This document shows, one piece after another, positions 1-9,582 of a stretch of DNA of 25,869 nt. Below the pieces are notes generated by a model. It did not search any database, was not told where the DNA came from, and worked only from the letters and a program-made list of their open reading frames with translations. The position numbers and the translations under genes are program-made. The first letter of the stretch is position 1; each line of letters begins with the position of its first letter. This DNA comes from a virus. Its lineage: Duplodnaviria > Caudoviricetes. The stretch spans positions 1-25,869 of IMG/VR virus record IMGVR_UViG_3300031938_000027; one strand, given 5' to 3'.

Positions 1-76
1 CAGCTTTGCGCGCTGGCGCTGCTCGGCGGGTCCGGGCAGCCCAGATGCACTGCCATCACCGAAACGCCGTGCACGA

Positions 77-472
77 CTACGAAATCGTGATCGTTTCGGT
101 CAATGTCAATGCGTCTCCGATGGCGCTGATCGTTGCGGTCGGCGACAGCAGGGACGACCACGGCATGGTGCCGCTGGAGCTGGCGTTGAACACGCCGACC
201 TTGCCGATCGTCACGGGCAGCGAGTCGCTCGCGTTGGCTGTGAACGTCTTCGTCAGCGTGTAGGTGGCCGCGCCGCCCGTGTGGGCGTACGTTGCCTGCG
301 CCCGGATGAGGCCACCGGATGCGGTGGCGATTTCGGCGGTGAGTGTGGTGTCACCGGCCGACGGTGCCGTGGTGTTGGCCGTGAGCGCCAGGTAGTCGGC
401 TGCTGCGGCGCGCGAGCCGGAGCGGTCGCCCAGGGCGGACGCCACGAAGTCTTTCCCTGCGGTGTGCAGCAT
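77..472 (-). CDS. Small Thr/Ala/Gly-rich beta-strand protein, probable virion structural (tail/fibre-like) protein
   Basis: ATG at 472 preceded by AAGGAGGG RBS right after upstream stop; YLALTANTTAP...VGVFNASSSGTM...GDALTLT pattern typical of small phage structural proteins. Confidence 0.65.
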   Translation of the reverse strand: MLHTAGKDFVASALGDRSGSRAAAADYLALTANTTAPSAGDTTLTAEIATASGGLIRAQATYAHTGGAATYTLTKTFTANASDSLPVTIGKVGVFNASSSGTMPWSSLLSPTATISAIGDALTLTETITIS

Positions 473-473
473 G

Positions 474-887
474 TCAGCCCTCCTTGGAGTCGGTCGTGTC
501 AGCGGCCGGTTCGGTGGTGGGCTGGGGCTCGCGCAGCTCACAGCCCCAGTGGGCGGCGAGGAGTTGGGCGAGCGCGGGGTCGGTGGACGCGACCCACGCC
601 GGCGCGTCGGCGTCGGAGTGGGCCTGCCACACGCCGCGGGTCGCGTGGGTGATTTCGTACGCGGCGTCCATGATTTTCGTCCCGGGGGCGAGGATCACGG
701 TGGTGCACCGCTTGCCCGGCAGCGGGGTGCGCATGCGGTTGACCGGGCGCTCCTCCTGGCCGGCGGCCTCCACGTCGCCCGGGTCCTCGACGGACTCGAC
801 CGCATTGCGGTTGCCGAGGTAGACAACGGTCCGGTCTTCGGCGGGCGCCTCGGCCGACCCCGCCCGGTTCTTGGTGCTGGTGCCCAT
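474..887 (-). CDS. Hypothetical protein (137 aa)
   Basis: GGGGG RBS, tight packing with neighbours, high-GC3 frame. Confidence 0.7.
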   Translation of the reverse strand: MGTSTKNRAGSAEAPAEDRTVVYLGNRNAVESVEDPGDVEAAGQEERPVNRMRTPLPGKRCTTVILAPGTKIMDAAYEITHATRGVWQAHSDADAPAWVASTDPALAQLLAAHWGCELREPQPTTEPAADTTDSKEG

Positions 888-917
888 GTGTGATCCCCCG
901 TGGTGTGTCTGGGCCGG

Positions 918-1685
918 TCAGATGGTGATGCGGCGGAGATCGGCGAGCATCGAGTCCAGGTCGAAGCCGAGCGGGTTGGAGCCGCCGACGCTTTCAAGCC
1001 AGTCGGTCGAGACGATCGCGAACGCCTCAGCGACGTAGGTGTCCCACCAGAGCCACGTCGCGCGCTGCGCACGGCCCCAGGTCGAGACGGTGAACCCGGA
1101 GCGGCCGTACGCGCCCATCCGCATCGCGTGGCCGCCCCAGCTCCCGCGCCGGCCGCTGCTGCCGCCGGTCGGGGTCCAGGTCTTGCGCTGCTCGAACTGG
1201 GTCTGCGCCGTCCGCGGCAGTTGCGCAGCGATGTAGAGCCCACCGAACAGGTGCGCGGCGGAACGCACCGCTTCGTCGTTGCGGTGGTCGACCTTCACAT
1301 ACGCGACGATCTTGTGACCGCCGATGCCCGTCTTCCGCCAGTAGTTCAGCGCGTCGATCGAGCGGGTGCCGTCGTCGTTCGCGCCGGTCCGCGGGTCGTA
1401 CCCGGTCACCGCCGAGTATGCGGACACGACGTCCCGTTGCGGGATCAGCGCCGGCGAAGCCGACGCGTATGTGGTCCACCCCTGCACGAGGTGGGCGCAG
1501 CTCACGAACACGCAGTCGCTGATCCGGTCGTTGCCCAGCACTGGCCACGTTTCGGCCTTCTTCATCCAGTCCGCCGCGGCGGGCGGCGCCGGCAGGTCAG
1601 GCGTCGTGTAGCTCTCCAGGCGGAGGGTTCGTGGGTCGTCCGGACCCTTCTGCCACCCGAGCCGGACCGCCAGCGGCGCGGTCAT
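918..1685 (-). CDS. Papain-like (C1-type) cysteine peptidase
   Basis: LGNDRISDCV (catalytic Cys), WGGHAMRMGAY (catalytic His), TVSTWG resembling the NSWG motif; ATGA overlap with upstream gene. Confidence 0.7.
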   Translation of the reverse strand: MTAPLAVRLGWQKGPDDPRTLRLESYTTPDLPAPPAAADWMKKAETWPVLGNDRISDCVFVSCAHLVQGWTTYASASPALIPQRDVVSAYSAVTGYDPRTGANDDGTRSIDALNYWRKTGIGGHKIVAYVKVDHRNDEAVRSAAHLFGGLYIAAQLPRTAQTQFEQRKTWTPTGGSSGRRGSWGGHAMRMGAYGRSGFTVSTWGRAQRATWLWWDTYVAEAFAIVSTDWLESVGGSNPLGFDLDSMLADLRRITI

Positions 1686-1966
1686 TCGACGATGCCTCGT
1701 GCGGAAACCGTCGGGGTTCCCGCGCTGATGAACTTGACGACCGTTGCCCCGGACGTCTTGGGCTTGCGGGTGATGGTCGCCCCGGCGATGGCCGGGATGA
1801 CGTGGGTGCCGGCAGCGCCGACGACGGGGGCCACGCCGTCGAACCGGGCGTACACCGGCGAGGCGCCGGTGACGTTCATCAGCTCGACCTCGGCGAAGTC
1901 CTCATCGAAGGTGAGCGTGGCGACGGTGGCCGCGACCAGGGTCGCGTGCTGTGGGGATGCGGCCAT
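1682..1966 (-). CDS. Small beta-rich hypothetical protein, possible capsid accessory protein
   Basis: GAGGAAG RBS, 94 aa, stop overlaps next start. Confidence 0.7.
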   Translation of the reverse strand: MAASPQHATLVAATVATLTFDEDFAEVELMNVTGASPVYARFDGVAPVVGAAGTHVIPAIAGATITRKPKTSGATVVKFISAGTPTVSARGIVE

Positions 1967-2061
1967 GACGATCTTCCTCTTCTCTTCGAATGTGGTGTGC
2001 AGAGCAGCGGACGGGCCGGCAGCCGTTGACTGCTGGCCCGCCTGCTGCTCGACCGGTCGGG

Positions 2062-2472
2062 CTACGCCCGGCGGGGTACTGTCGTGGCCTTCCTCGGCGC
2101 CTTGCCCTCGGTGTCCGCTCCCGGCTCGGGCTCATGCTCAGGCTCGGCTGCGGCCTCGGCCGCCGGCTTGGACGCCGGCGGGACCTTCCCGCCGGCCCAC
2201 GCCTTCGGGTTGCGGATCTGCGCGGCCACCTCGTCGGGCACGAAGTCCCGCGGGCCGTACGACTTGCCGGCGACGGTGACCGTGCCGGCCAGCTTGTGAC
2301 CGGCGGCGGTGCCGCCGGTCTTGCCCTCGTATGGATCCGCCGCGTCTTCGTCGGTGGGAATCCATGCCTTCGGGTTGCGGATCTGCTCCGCGATCTCGGC
2401 TGGCACGTCGTCGCCGGGACCGTAGGTCTTCCCGGCGACGGTCACGTGCCGGGCCAGTTTCCTGTCCGTCAT
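2062..2472 (-). CDS. Post-capsid hypothetical protein with a tandemly duplicated 33-aa domain
   Basis: GGAGG RBS; KLARHVTVAGKTYGPGDDVPAEIAEQIRNPKAW / KLAGTVTVAGKSYGPRDFVPDEVAAQIRNPKAW (25/33 identical). Confidence 0.8.
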   Translation of the reverse strand: MTDRKLARHVTVAGKTYGPGDDVPAEIAEQIRNPKAWIPTDEDAADPYEGKTGGTAAGHKLAGTVTVAGKSYGPRDFVPDEVAAQIRNPKAWAGGKVPPASKPAAEAAAEPEHEPEPGADTEGKAPRKATTVPRRA

Positions 2473-2488
2473 GAGCTGACCTCCGCCC

Positions 2489-3532
2489 TTACAGGACGTC
2501 GGCGACGAAGAGTCGCTTCGGGTCCGTGATGAGCGGCATGCCGACCGCGGCGACCTTGGTCCAGGTCTGGATCGGGTCGCCGGTCAGCATGGTCATGCCG
2601 ACCAGGCCGGGCAGCTCCTCGAAGAGGAGGCCGGGGTTGTCCCCGGTCGCCAGCCGCAGGCTCTCCGCGGTCACACCCCAAGCCGTGTAGCCCAGGTCGG
2701 CCGCGTTCTCCGGCAGCATGATCACCCGGTCTTCCGAGATGACCCGGACGTTCGACCCATCCACGTTGATCTTCGTGTTGTACTCGATCAACGGCGGGAT
2801 GCCGTACGCCTGAAGCACCTGGTTGAGCTGGACCTGCGTCAGCAGGTTCGGCCCGCCCGTGAGCGTCGTGCCGCGGTTGAACAGGTCGCGGATCTCGCCC
2901 ACCAACAGCAGGTTGTTGATGACCGTGTTGCTGGTGAGGATCTTGCCGGGACGCTCGCCGTTCGCGTCGACGTAGGCGTCGATCCACGCCTTGAGGTTGA
3001 GCAGCGGCGTCGCGTCGGCGTGGTCGGACCACGGCGTCGCGGCGGTCACCGCGTGTTCGGCCGGCAGACCGAAGTCCGCCTCCAACGTCAGGTTGTTCTC
3101 CCCGGCCAGGGTGAACTTGCCGTCCACGAGGACGTCGCCCCGGGCGACCTCCATCCGGCGCCGCACGTTGCCGGCGAGCGTGGCGGCGTCGGTGTAGATC
3201 GCCTCCACGTAGCCGTTGCGGTTGTCTCCGCCGGTCCGGACGCGTTCCAGCATGAGCGTTTCTTGCTCCGCCACTGGGAGTTTCTCACCCAAAGGGGGCA
3301 GCTTGATCTTCGAGCGCTGGAAGCTGTCACGCTGACCGATCGGGGTCTCCGCGTCCCACGAGCGGAACATCGCCGCTCGGTTGGTGCGGGTGACCTGGTC
3401 GATCGCGGCCTCGACGTTGCCGATGTTCCTGTCGGGGAGGAACTGGGCCAGCATCAGGGTGCTGGGCTGTGGGACCTCGCGGACGAAGCCGGTCAGTTCG
3501 ATCGGGTCCACGAAATCATCGATGATTGCCAT
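2489..3532 (-). CDS. Major capsid protein (lambda gpE-like family)
   Basis: 347 aa, follows scaffold and decoration genes; FRSWDAETPIG, KLPPLG, RRMEVARGDVL, C-terminal VGMPLI..P..LFVADVL. Confidence 0.88.
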   Translation of the reverse strand: MAIIDDFVDPIELTGFVREVPQPSTLMLAQFLPDRNIGNVEAAIDQVTRTNRAAMFRSWDAETPIGQRDSFQRSKIKLPPLGEKLPVAEQETLMLERVRTGGDNRNGYVEAIYTDAATLAGNVRRRMEVARGDVLVDGKFTLAGENNLTLEADFGLPAEHAVTAATPWSDHADATPLLNLKAWIDAYVDANGERPGKILTSNTVINNLLLVGEIRDLFNRGTTLTGGPNLLTQVQLNQVLQAYGIPPLIEYNTKINVDGSNVRVISEDRVIMLPENAADLGYTAWGVTAESLRLATGDNPGLLFEELPGLVGMTMLTGDPIQTWTKVAAVGMPLITDPKRLFVADVL

Positions 3533-3546
3533 TGCTCAGCACCCCC

Positions 3547-3942
3547 CTACCGGATCCAGAACTTCACGCCCAGATCCGTGCGGGCGGCGGTGTCCAGACC
3601 GCTGCCCGCCCAGAGCCGGGCGGCGCGGATGACCCCGCGCCAGTGGATGGGTGCTCCCACGTCGGGTCCGCCGGTGCGGACCTTCGTGTTGGAGTAGAGG
3701 AAGCCGACGGCGACCTCACGGCCGTCGCTTGCGGCGTTGTCGTACGGACCGAACAGGCCCGTGGCGGTGATGCGACCGAGGACGGTTCCCGACGGGATGT
3801 ACCCGTTCGGGAAGTGCGTTCCTTCTGTGAAGGTCGAGGTGTCAAGGGTTACGGTCTGCGTGACGTCCGTGCCGTCACGCGATCCGAGCCAGGATCGATC
3901 CTCGGCCTGCCAGCTCTCGGTCGGCTGCAAAGTGATGTCCAT
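3547..3942 (-). CDS. Head decoration protein
   Basis: 131 aa between scaffold and MCP; GYIPSGTVLG, GLFGPYD.AASDGRE.AVGFL motif. Confidence 0.82.
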   Translation of the reverse strand: MDITLQPTESWQAEDRSWLGSRDGTDVTQTVTLDTSTFTEGTHFPNGYIPSGTVLGRITATGLFGPYDNAASDGREVAVGFLYSNTKVRTGGPDVGAPIHWRGVIRAARLWAGSGLDTAARTDLGVKFWIR

Positions 3943-3990
3943 GTGGACACGCCCCCGTCAGTCGATTCGAATGTGGTGAAGGCCGGACGG

Positions 3991-4853
<863 letters not shown>

Positions 4854-4857
<4 letters not shown>

Positions 4858-5048
4858 CGGTTCTCCCATGTCGGGTCGCGGGTGTCGCCCATGCCGGGCT
4901 GGTCGGTGTCGTCCTCGTCCGCGGCCGGGTGGACCATCGCGAGCCGGATGGCTCCGTCCGGACCGGGCACCATCGCCGCTTGCGGGTCACACCCGCACTC
5001 CGCTGTGGGTGCGTGCGGACGACCGTCTTCGGGGATGACATGCAGCAC
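4854..5048 (-). CDS. Small His/Cys protein (H..H..CxC.P...PDG...VH), paralog of 12260-12490
   Basis: AGGAAGGGGG RBS before GTG; motif shared with second gene in window. Confidence 0.6.
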
Positions 5049-5098
5049 GGCCGACCCCCCTTCCTGCTGGTCAGGGGATCGGCCGTGGACGCGGTTGG

Positions 5099-5500
5099 TC
5101 AGGCGGTGGGCTCGGTCGGGGCGGGCTCCGGGGTCGGCTCGGGGGCGGGCTCCTCGGCGGGCTCCGGCGCGATGGCCTTGAGCTGGTCGATCGCCTCACG
5201 CACCTCGGCGCGGGCCTGCTCGATCTCCGCCTGGTCGGCGGTGTCGTTGGTCAGCCGGTCGACCGCCGCCTCCACACGCCGGGCAGCGGCGGCGACGCTG
5301 GCCTTCATCTCGTTGATGTCCGCGTCGAGTCCCTCGAACTGGGCCATGATCTGCTCCTGTTGGGTGAGTACGGTCCGTGTCTGCTTGAGCAGCACGGCGA
5401 CGCCCGCGCAGGCCAGCAAGACGCCGGCGAGCAGGGCGTATTGGAGTGGACGGGGCACAGGGCACCGCCTTCGATTGGCCGGGCAACGCCCGGCGGTCAC
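5099..5500 (-). CDS. Membrane-anchored coiled-coil protein (start may be GTG 5458)
   Basis: Hydrophobic YALLAGVLLACAGVAVLL segment, heptad-like helix, acidic EP-repeat tail. Confidence 0.65.
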   Translation of the reverse strand: MTAGRCPANRRRCPVPRPLQYALLAGVLLACAGVAVLLKQTRTVLTQQEQIMAQFEGLDADINEMKASVAAAARRVEAAVDRLTNDTADQAEIEQARAEVREAIDQLKAIAPEPAEEPAPEPTPEPAPTEPTA

Positions 5501-6996
5501 ACGGTTGCTGGCTGCCGGCGGGTCGCCGGCCGGGCCGCTGGCGTACTCGTCTCGCCGCCCAGCTCGCGGTGCAGCTTGTCGATGCGGGCGGTCTGCCAGT
5601 CGATAGCCCGCTCCAGCCCCTGCTCGCCGCCGGCCTTCCGGCGCAGCAGCACAGCGAGACGGTCCTCGAACGCGTCGAGCTTCGCCCGGTCGCGGACCGC
5701 CTTGTCCGGGTGGCGGGTCCGCGCGACGTCAGCGGGACCGCGGTAGTGCTGGTCCGCGTCGACCAGCGTCGGCCCCAGCTCGCCGTGCTCGGCGAGCGCG
5801 ACCCGCAGGTTCTTCAGCCGTCCGGAGTGCCGCTTCCCGCCGCGGATCACGTCACCGCCGGTGCCGCCGGCGGCGGTGTAGATCCGGGCCAGGTCGCTCG
5901 CGTTCAGCTCCATGCCCGGGTCCAGGTCGCCGATGACGGGCAGCACCTCACACACGCAGTTGTCGTGGATCGGGTGCAGGTCTTCGATGTGGTACAGGCG
6001 GGTCGCGGCGACCACGCACAGCCCGCACGGGCCGGTCTCGGTCAGCTCGGGCCGCAGGATGCGCCGGTAACCGGTGATCCCGGGGATGCGGCGCATCGAC
6101 TTGCGGATCTGCTCGCGGACGGCGAGCGTGACGTCGGTCGCGGCGACGGCCTCGATCCGGACCAGCGCCCGCCGGCGGGCCTCATCCTCGGTGGCTTTCT
6201 CCGCGGCGACCTGGTAGCGGAACTGGTCAGCGATCCGCCCGTACGGGTCGGTCGGGCTGACCACATCACCGGCCGCCGCGGCGGCCGGCTCGGTCCGTAT
6301 GGTCGCGGTCGTCGCCGGCCGGGCCGCGCGGGTCGGCTGCCGCGGGGTGCTGCTGGGGCGGCGCGCGGCGTGCAGCGCCTCCGCCCGGTCGCGGGCCTCA
6401 GCGCGGAGCTGCTCGGCGCGTGCCCGCAACGCCGCCGACGTAGCCGCCGCGGTGGTCGAGCGCGACGCCGCAGCCCGGGTCGTCGTGGCGCGGGTCGAGC
6501 TGGACTCGGGGATCGCCATCGGCGCCGGCGCGTCGATCGTGTCGGCCCGCTCGACGTGCCCGTTGCTGGGGTCGAACTCGCCGAGCACGACGTACGCGGG
6601 GTTGATCCGCCCGTCGACCAGGTCCCTGGCGATCTCCTCGGTGATGGCCCGCCGCAGCGCGGTCACGTCGACCACACCGGCCGGGCCGACCGCCCGGCCC
6701 AGCATCGCCGACGCGGCACGCGTGACGTACGCGTCGGTGATCCTCGCCGCCTGCGTCTGTGTCGGCTGGACCACCCGCAGCACCTGCGCGATGGCCTTGC
6801 TGACCCGTCCCGTGTCCCACCAGCCGTCGAAGTTCGCGAACGCGCCGCGGGCGGCGGCACGCGCTGCCGCTGTCAGCCGCCGGCGGACCGCGGCCTGGGC
6901 CTCGATCAGCGCGATCAGCGTGGCGACGTCCGCGGCCGACAGCCGCCGTGGGGCGGTCGCCGGTCGGGTCTCAGGCTGTTGGACGGGTGCGGTCAT
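5497..6996 (-). CDS. MuF-like minor capsid / head maturation protein with low-complexity insertion
   Basis: Directly after portal; GYRRILRPE..GPCGLCVVAATRLY...PIHDNCVCEVLP Cys/His motif. Confidence 0.8.
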   Translation of the reverse strand: MTAPVQQPETRPATAPRRLSAADVATLIALIEAQAAVRRRLTAAARAAARGAFANFDGWWDTGRVSKAIAQVLRVVQPTQTQAARITDAYVTRAASAMLGRAVGPAGVVDVTALRRAITEEIARDLVDGRINPAYVVLGEFDPSNGHVERADTIDAPAPMAIPESSSTRATTTRAAASRSTTAAATSAALRARAEQLRAEARDRAEALHAARRPSSTPRQPTRAARPATTATIRTEPAAAAAGDVVSPTDPYGRIADQFRYQVAAEKATEDEARRRALVRIEAVAATDVTLAVREQIRKSMRRIPGITGYRRILRPELTETGPCGLCVVAATRLYHIEDLHPIHDNCVCEVLPVIGDLDPGMELNASDLARIYTAAGGTGGDVIRGGKRHSGRLKNLRVALAEHGELGPTLVDADQHYRGPADVARTRHPDKAVRDRAKLDAFEDRLAVLLRRKAGGEQGLERAIDWQTARIDKLHRELGGETSTPAARPATRRQPATV

Positions 6997-6997
6997 G

Positions 6998-8578
6998 TCA
7001 GCTCACGCCTCCCCCGGGCGGGGCGGACGTGGACCCGCCGGCGATGTCTTTGCCGCCGGTGCCTCCGGTGCCGCCGGGCTGGCCGGTGTTCTCCTGGCCG
7101 GGCACCTGCTGCTGGTTGGGCTGCTGGTTGGGCTGCTGCGCAGCGAACGCGGCCTGCACCTGCTGCGCCAGCAACTGCTCCTCGGTGATCTCGGTCATGG
7201 TCCGGTCGGCCTCAGCCGGGGTCATGCGGAACACCTCGATGAGCAGCGTCCGCCTGGGCAGGACGTCCTTGAGCTTGCTCGCCGCGTCGGCACGCTCGGA
7301 CAGGCTCAGCCTGTCCGCCGGCGCCCAGATCGTCTGGAGCTTCGTCAGGTCCGCCCGGTCCGCCTGCCCGGCGTGCAGCAGCATCAGGGACATGACCTGA
7401 GCCCACGGGAACGAGGTGCGGGTGATCCGGTCTTCGACCTTGAACACCAGACCCTCACGGGACAGGCTCGCGCCCTCCGCCGACTGGTTCTCCCCAGCGG
7501 GGGACAGCATGTGCATCGGCGTGCGGGTGACCGCCGCCAGATGCTGAAGGTCGTCCTTGACCGCCGACAAGATCGGCGTCAAGTCGTTGACCGACGACTC
7601 CCACATCTCCGCGGACTCGGGGAGCTGCCACAACGCCGCAGGGTCCGCGGTGAACACCTTCGCGTAGTCGACCTCCTGGCCGGCGAGCGGGTGCCCCTCC
7701 GGGTACAGCAGCGGCAGGCCCTTAACCGCCCGCTGCCGGAACGCCTGCATGGTCGCGATGACCATGCGTTGCAGGATCTGGTGGTTGATCCTGTCGAGCA
7801 GGTCGGTGTGCGTCTCGAACTCGCCGAGCTGGTACTTGTTGACGAACCGGACGACGGGGATGCGGTTATGCGGCAGCGCACCGGAGCGATCCGGCGACCA
7901 CTCCCAGCCCTTCGGGTCGAACGACAGGATCGGGCCGAGCCGCGGCTGGTAGCCGTTGCCCGGCGAGGCCAGGCCACCCCGAAGCTCGGACGAGACATTC
8001 GTTGCGTTGGAGCGGCGAACCGCGACGTGCACCTCACCGGGCAGGAACAGGTAGGCCCGGTCCTCGCTCGCTGCGTCGTCGTGGAGCACCTTCAGCGCGG
8101 CGAGGACACGCCGCGGGTTGGCCGGGTCGACGTCGGCGACCATGAACCGCGGGTCTTCGCAGGTGACGAGCGGAGCGCCAGTGTCCGGGTCGACCGGACC
8201 GACGATGACGTACGCCTCGCCGACGGCGAGCATGAAGTCATGGACGTCGGCGCACGACACGTCCAGGCCGGCGCGGGTCCACAGCGAACCCACCTCGGCG
8301 TCGCCGGTCGCGTCGTCGTCCAGGGCGGTGCGGAACCCGACCGGCGTCATCCGCTCCGACATCACGGAGACGATCAGCTCAGCGAAATTGCTGCGGGCTT
8401 TCCTCTGGAACGCCTCGAACGCCTCACGCGCATTCTCCGCACCCTGGGGCAGCGGGGCGTGGCCGCGGTGATAGTCGAGCAGAAGCTGGAGCCGGGTGCG
8501 GCGCCGCCGGTCGGCGAGCATGTTGAACATCCGGCGCAGCCACCATCCGGGGCTCTGCACGACCTCGGTTTCGATCAC
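6998..8578 (-). CDS. Portal protein (SPP1 gp6-like)
   Basis: KARSNFAELIV, GEAYVIV, IPVVRF, QAFRQRAVKG, NQSAEG..REGLVFKVEDR; start at GTG 8578 after AAGGGGG. Confidence 0.9.
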   Translation of the reverse strand: MIETEVVQSPGWWLRRMFNMLADRRRRTRLQLLLDYHRGHAPLPQGAENAREAFEAFQRKARSNFAELIVSVMSERMTPVGFRTALDDDATGDAEVGSLWTRAGLDVSCADVHDFMLAVGEAYVIVGPVDPDTGAPLVTCEDPRFMVADVDPANPRRVLAALKVLHDDAASEDRAYLFLPGEVHVAVRRSNATNVSSELRGGLASPGNGYQPRLGPILSFDPKGWEWSPDRSGALPHNRIPVVRFVNKYQLGEFETHTDLLDRINHQILQRMVIATMQAFRQRAVKGLPLLYPEGHPLAGQEVDYAKVFTADPAALWQLPESAEMWESSVNDLTPILSAVKDDLQHLAAVTRTPMHMLSPAGENQSAEGASLSREGLVFKVEDRITRTSFPWAQVMSLMLLHAGQADRADLTKLQTIWAPADRLSLSERADAASKLKDVLPRRTLLIEVFRMTPAEADRTMTEITEEQLLAQQVQAAFAAQQPNQQPNQQQVPGQENTGQPGGTGGTGGKDIAGGSTSAPPGGGVS

Positions 8579-8585
8579 CGCGAAC

Positions 8586-8614
8586 CCACCCCCTTCCGTC
8601 ACGCCAGGGGGTGG
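8586..8614 (-). promoter_or_regulatory. 9-bp stem-loop that includes the portal Shine-Dalgarno
   Basis: CCACCCCCT-N11-AGGGGGTGG immediately upstream of portal GTG. Confidence 0.45.
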
Positions 8615-8621
8615 AGGCAAC

Positions 8622-8651
8622 GCGAGGCCCCGACCACGGTCGGGGCCTCGC
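8622..8651 (-). terminator. Strong hairpin downstream of NlpC/P60 gene
   Basis: GCGAGGCCCCGACC-N2-GGTCGGGGCCTCGC perfect 14-bp inverted repeat; no long U-tract. Confidence 0.55.
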
Positions 8652-8671
8652 ATCCTCTACAGGGGTAGCGG

Positions 8672-9457
8672 TTACAGCAGCCTGCGCGCGGTGTAGAAGG
8701 CGTAGACGCTCGACACCTTGATCCCGCCGCGCGGGGTGGAGGCGTGGACCATCCGGCCACCGCCGATGTAGATACCGACGTGCCCGGACGCGGGGAACAC
8801 CACGTCACCGAGTTGCAGCTCGCCCCGGCCGATCTGCCGGCCGCGGCCGACGATCCCACCGGTCTGGTGCGGCAGCCCGATCCCGACCCGGGCGTACGCC
8901 GCCATCACCAGGCCGGAACAGTCAAAGGCGCCCGGCCCGGCGGCGGCCCACACGTAGGGCTTGCCGACCTGGGCGAGGGCGAACGCCACGACGACGGCCG
9001 CGCGGCTCCCGTCCGCCTGCGCGACGTACACCGGGGTGACCGGTCGTGCGCGTGCGCGGCGGGGAGCTGGTGGGGCGGTGCTGCGTTGTCGGGGCTTGGG
9101 TGCCACGGCCCGCCTCTTGGGCGGGGCCGGTGCGGCGACCGGTGGAGTTACTGGCAGGGTTGACGACGCGGCGCTGGCCTCCGGCCGGCCGACAGAGCGG
9201 GCGGCCCGGTCGGCGCGGTCGGAGACCATGCGCTGCTTCATCGCTCGGATCTCGGCGGCTTCGTCGTACGCGACCGCGGGGGCCGCGGCGACGGCCGCCG
9301 GGATGTAGGTGTCGGGAATGGACTTGACCGCCGGCGCCGGGTTGGCGAGCGCTGCCATGCTGAGCACGACGAACGCGACGGTTGCGAGGGCCACGCACTG
9401 ACGCAGCGGACCGTGGTGCAGCGTACTGATGTCGCCTCCAGGGACGACCCGGGGCAC
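8672..9457 (-). CDS. Secreted NlpC/P60 (C40) peptidoglycan endopeptidase; start codon uncertain
   Basis: Signal-peptide-like N-terminus, Pro/Arg linker, GKPYVWAAAGPGAFDCSGLV...HVGIYIGGGRMVHAS with Cys-His-His intact. Confidence 0.88.
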   Translation of the reverse strand: MPRVVPGGDISTLHHGPLRQCVALATVAFVVLSMAALANPAPAVKSIPDTYIPAAVAAAPAVAYDEAAEIRAMKQRMVSDRADRAARSVGRPEASAASSTLPVTPPVAAPAPPKRRAVAPKPRQRSTAPPAPRRARARPVTPVYVAQADGSRAAVVVAFALAQVGKPYVWAAAGPGAFDCSGLVMAAYARVGIGLPHQTGGIVGRGRQIGRGELQLGDVVFPASGHVGIYIGGGRMVHASTPRGGIKVSSVYAFYTARRLL

Positions 9458-9547
9458 TCACGCGTTCGCTGGCTGGGCATACCCCCGTTGAGCTGCCCCG
9501 GCCCCCGCTCCACTGCGGTGAGCCGCCAACGACCCGGGTTAGGTGTC

Positions 9548-9570
9548 GCTGTGGTCATTCTGACCACAGC
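9548..9570. promoter_or_regulatory. Perfect palindrome between terL and NlpC/P60 gene
   Basis: GCTGTGGTCA-TTC-TGACCACAGC. Confidence 0.5.
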
Positions 9571-9582
9571 ACGGAGGCGCTT

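Noticed and set aside
1-56. Possible start of next minus-strand gene (ATG at 56)
   Set aside because: Too short to support and no clear RBS
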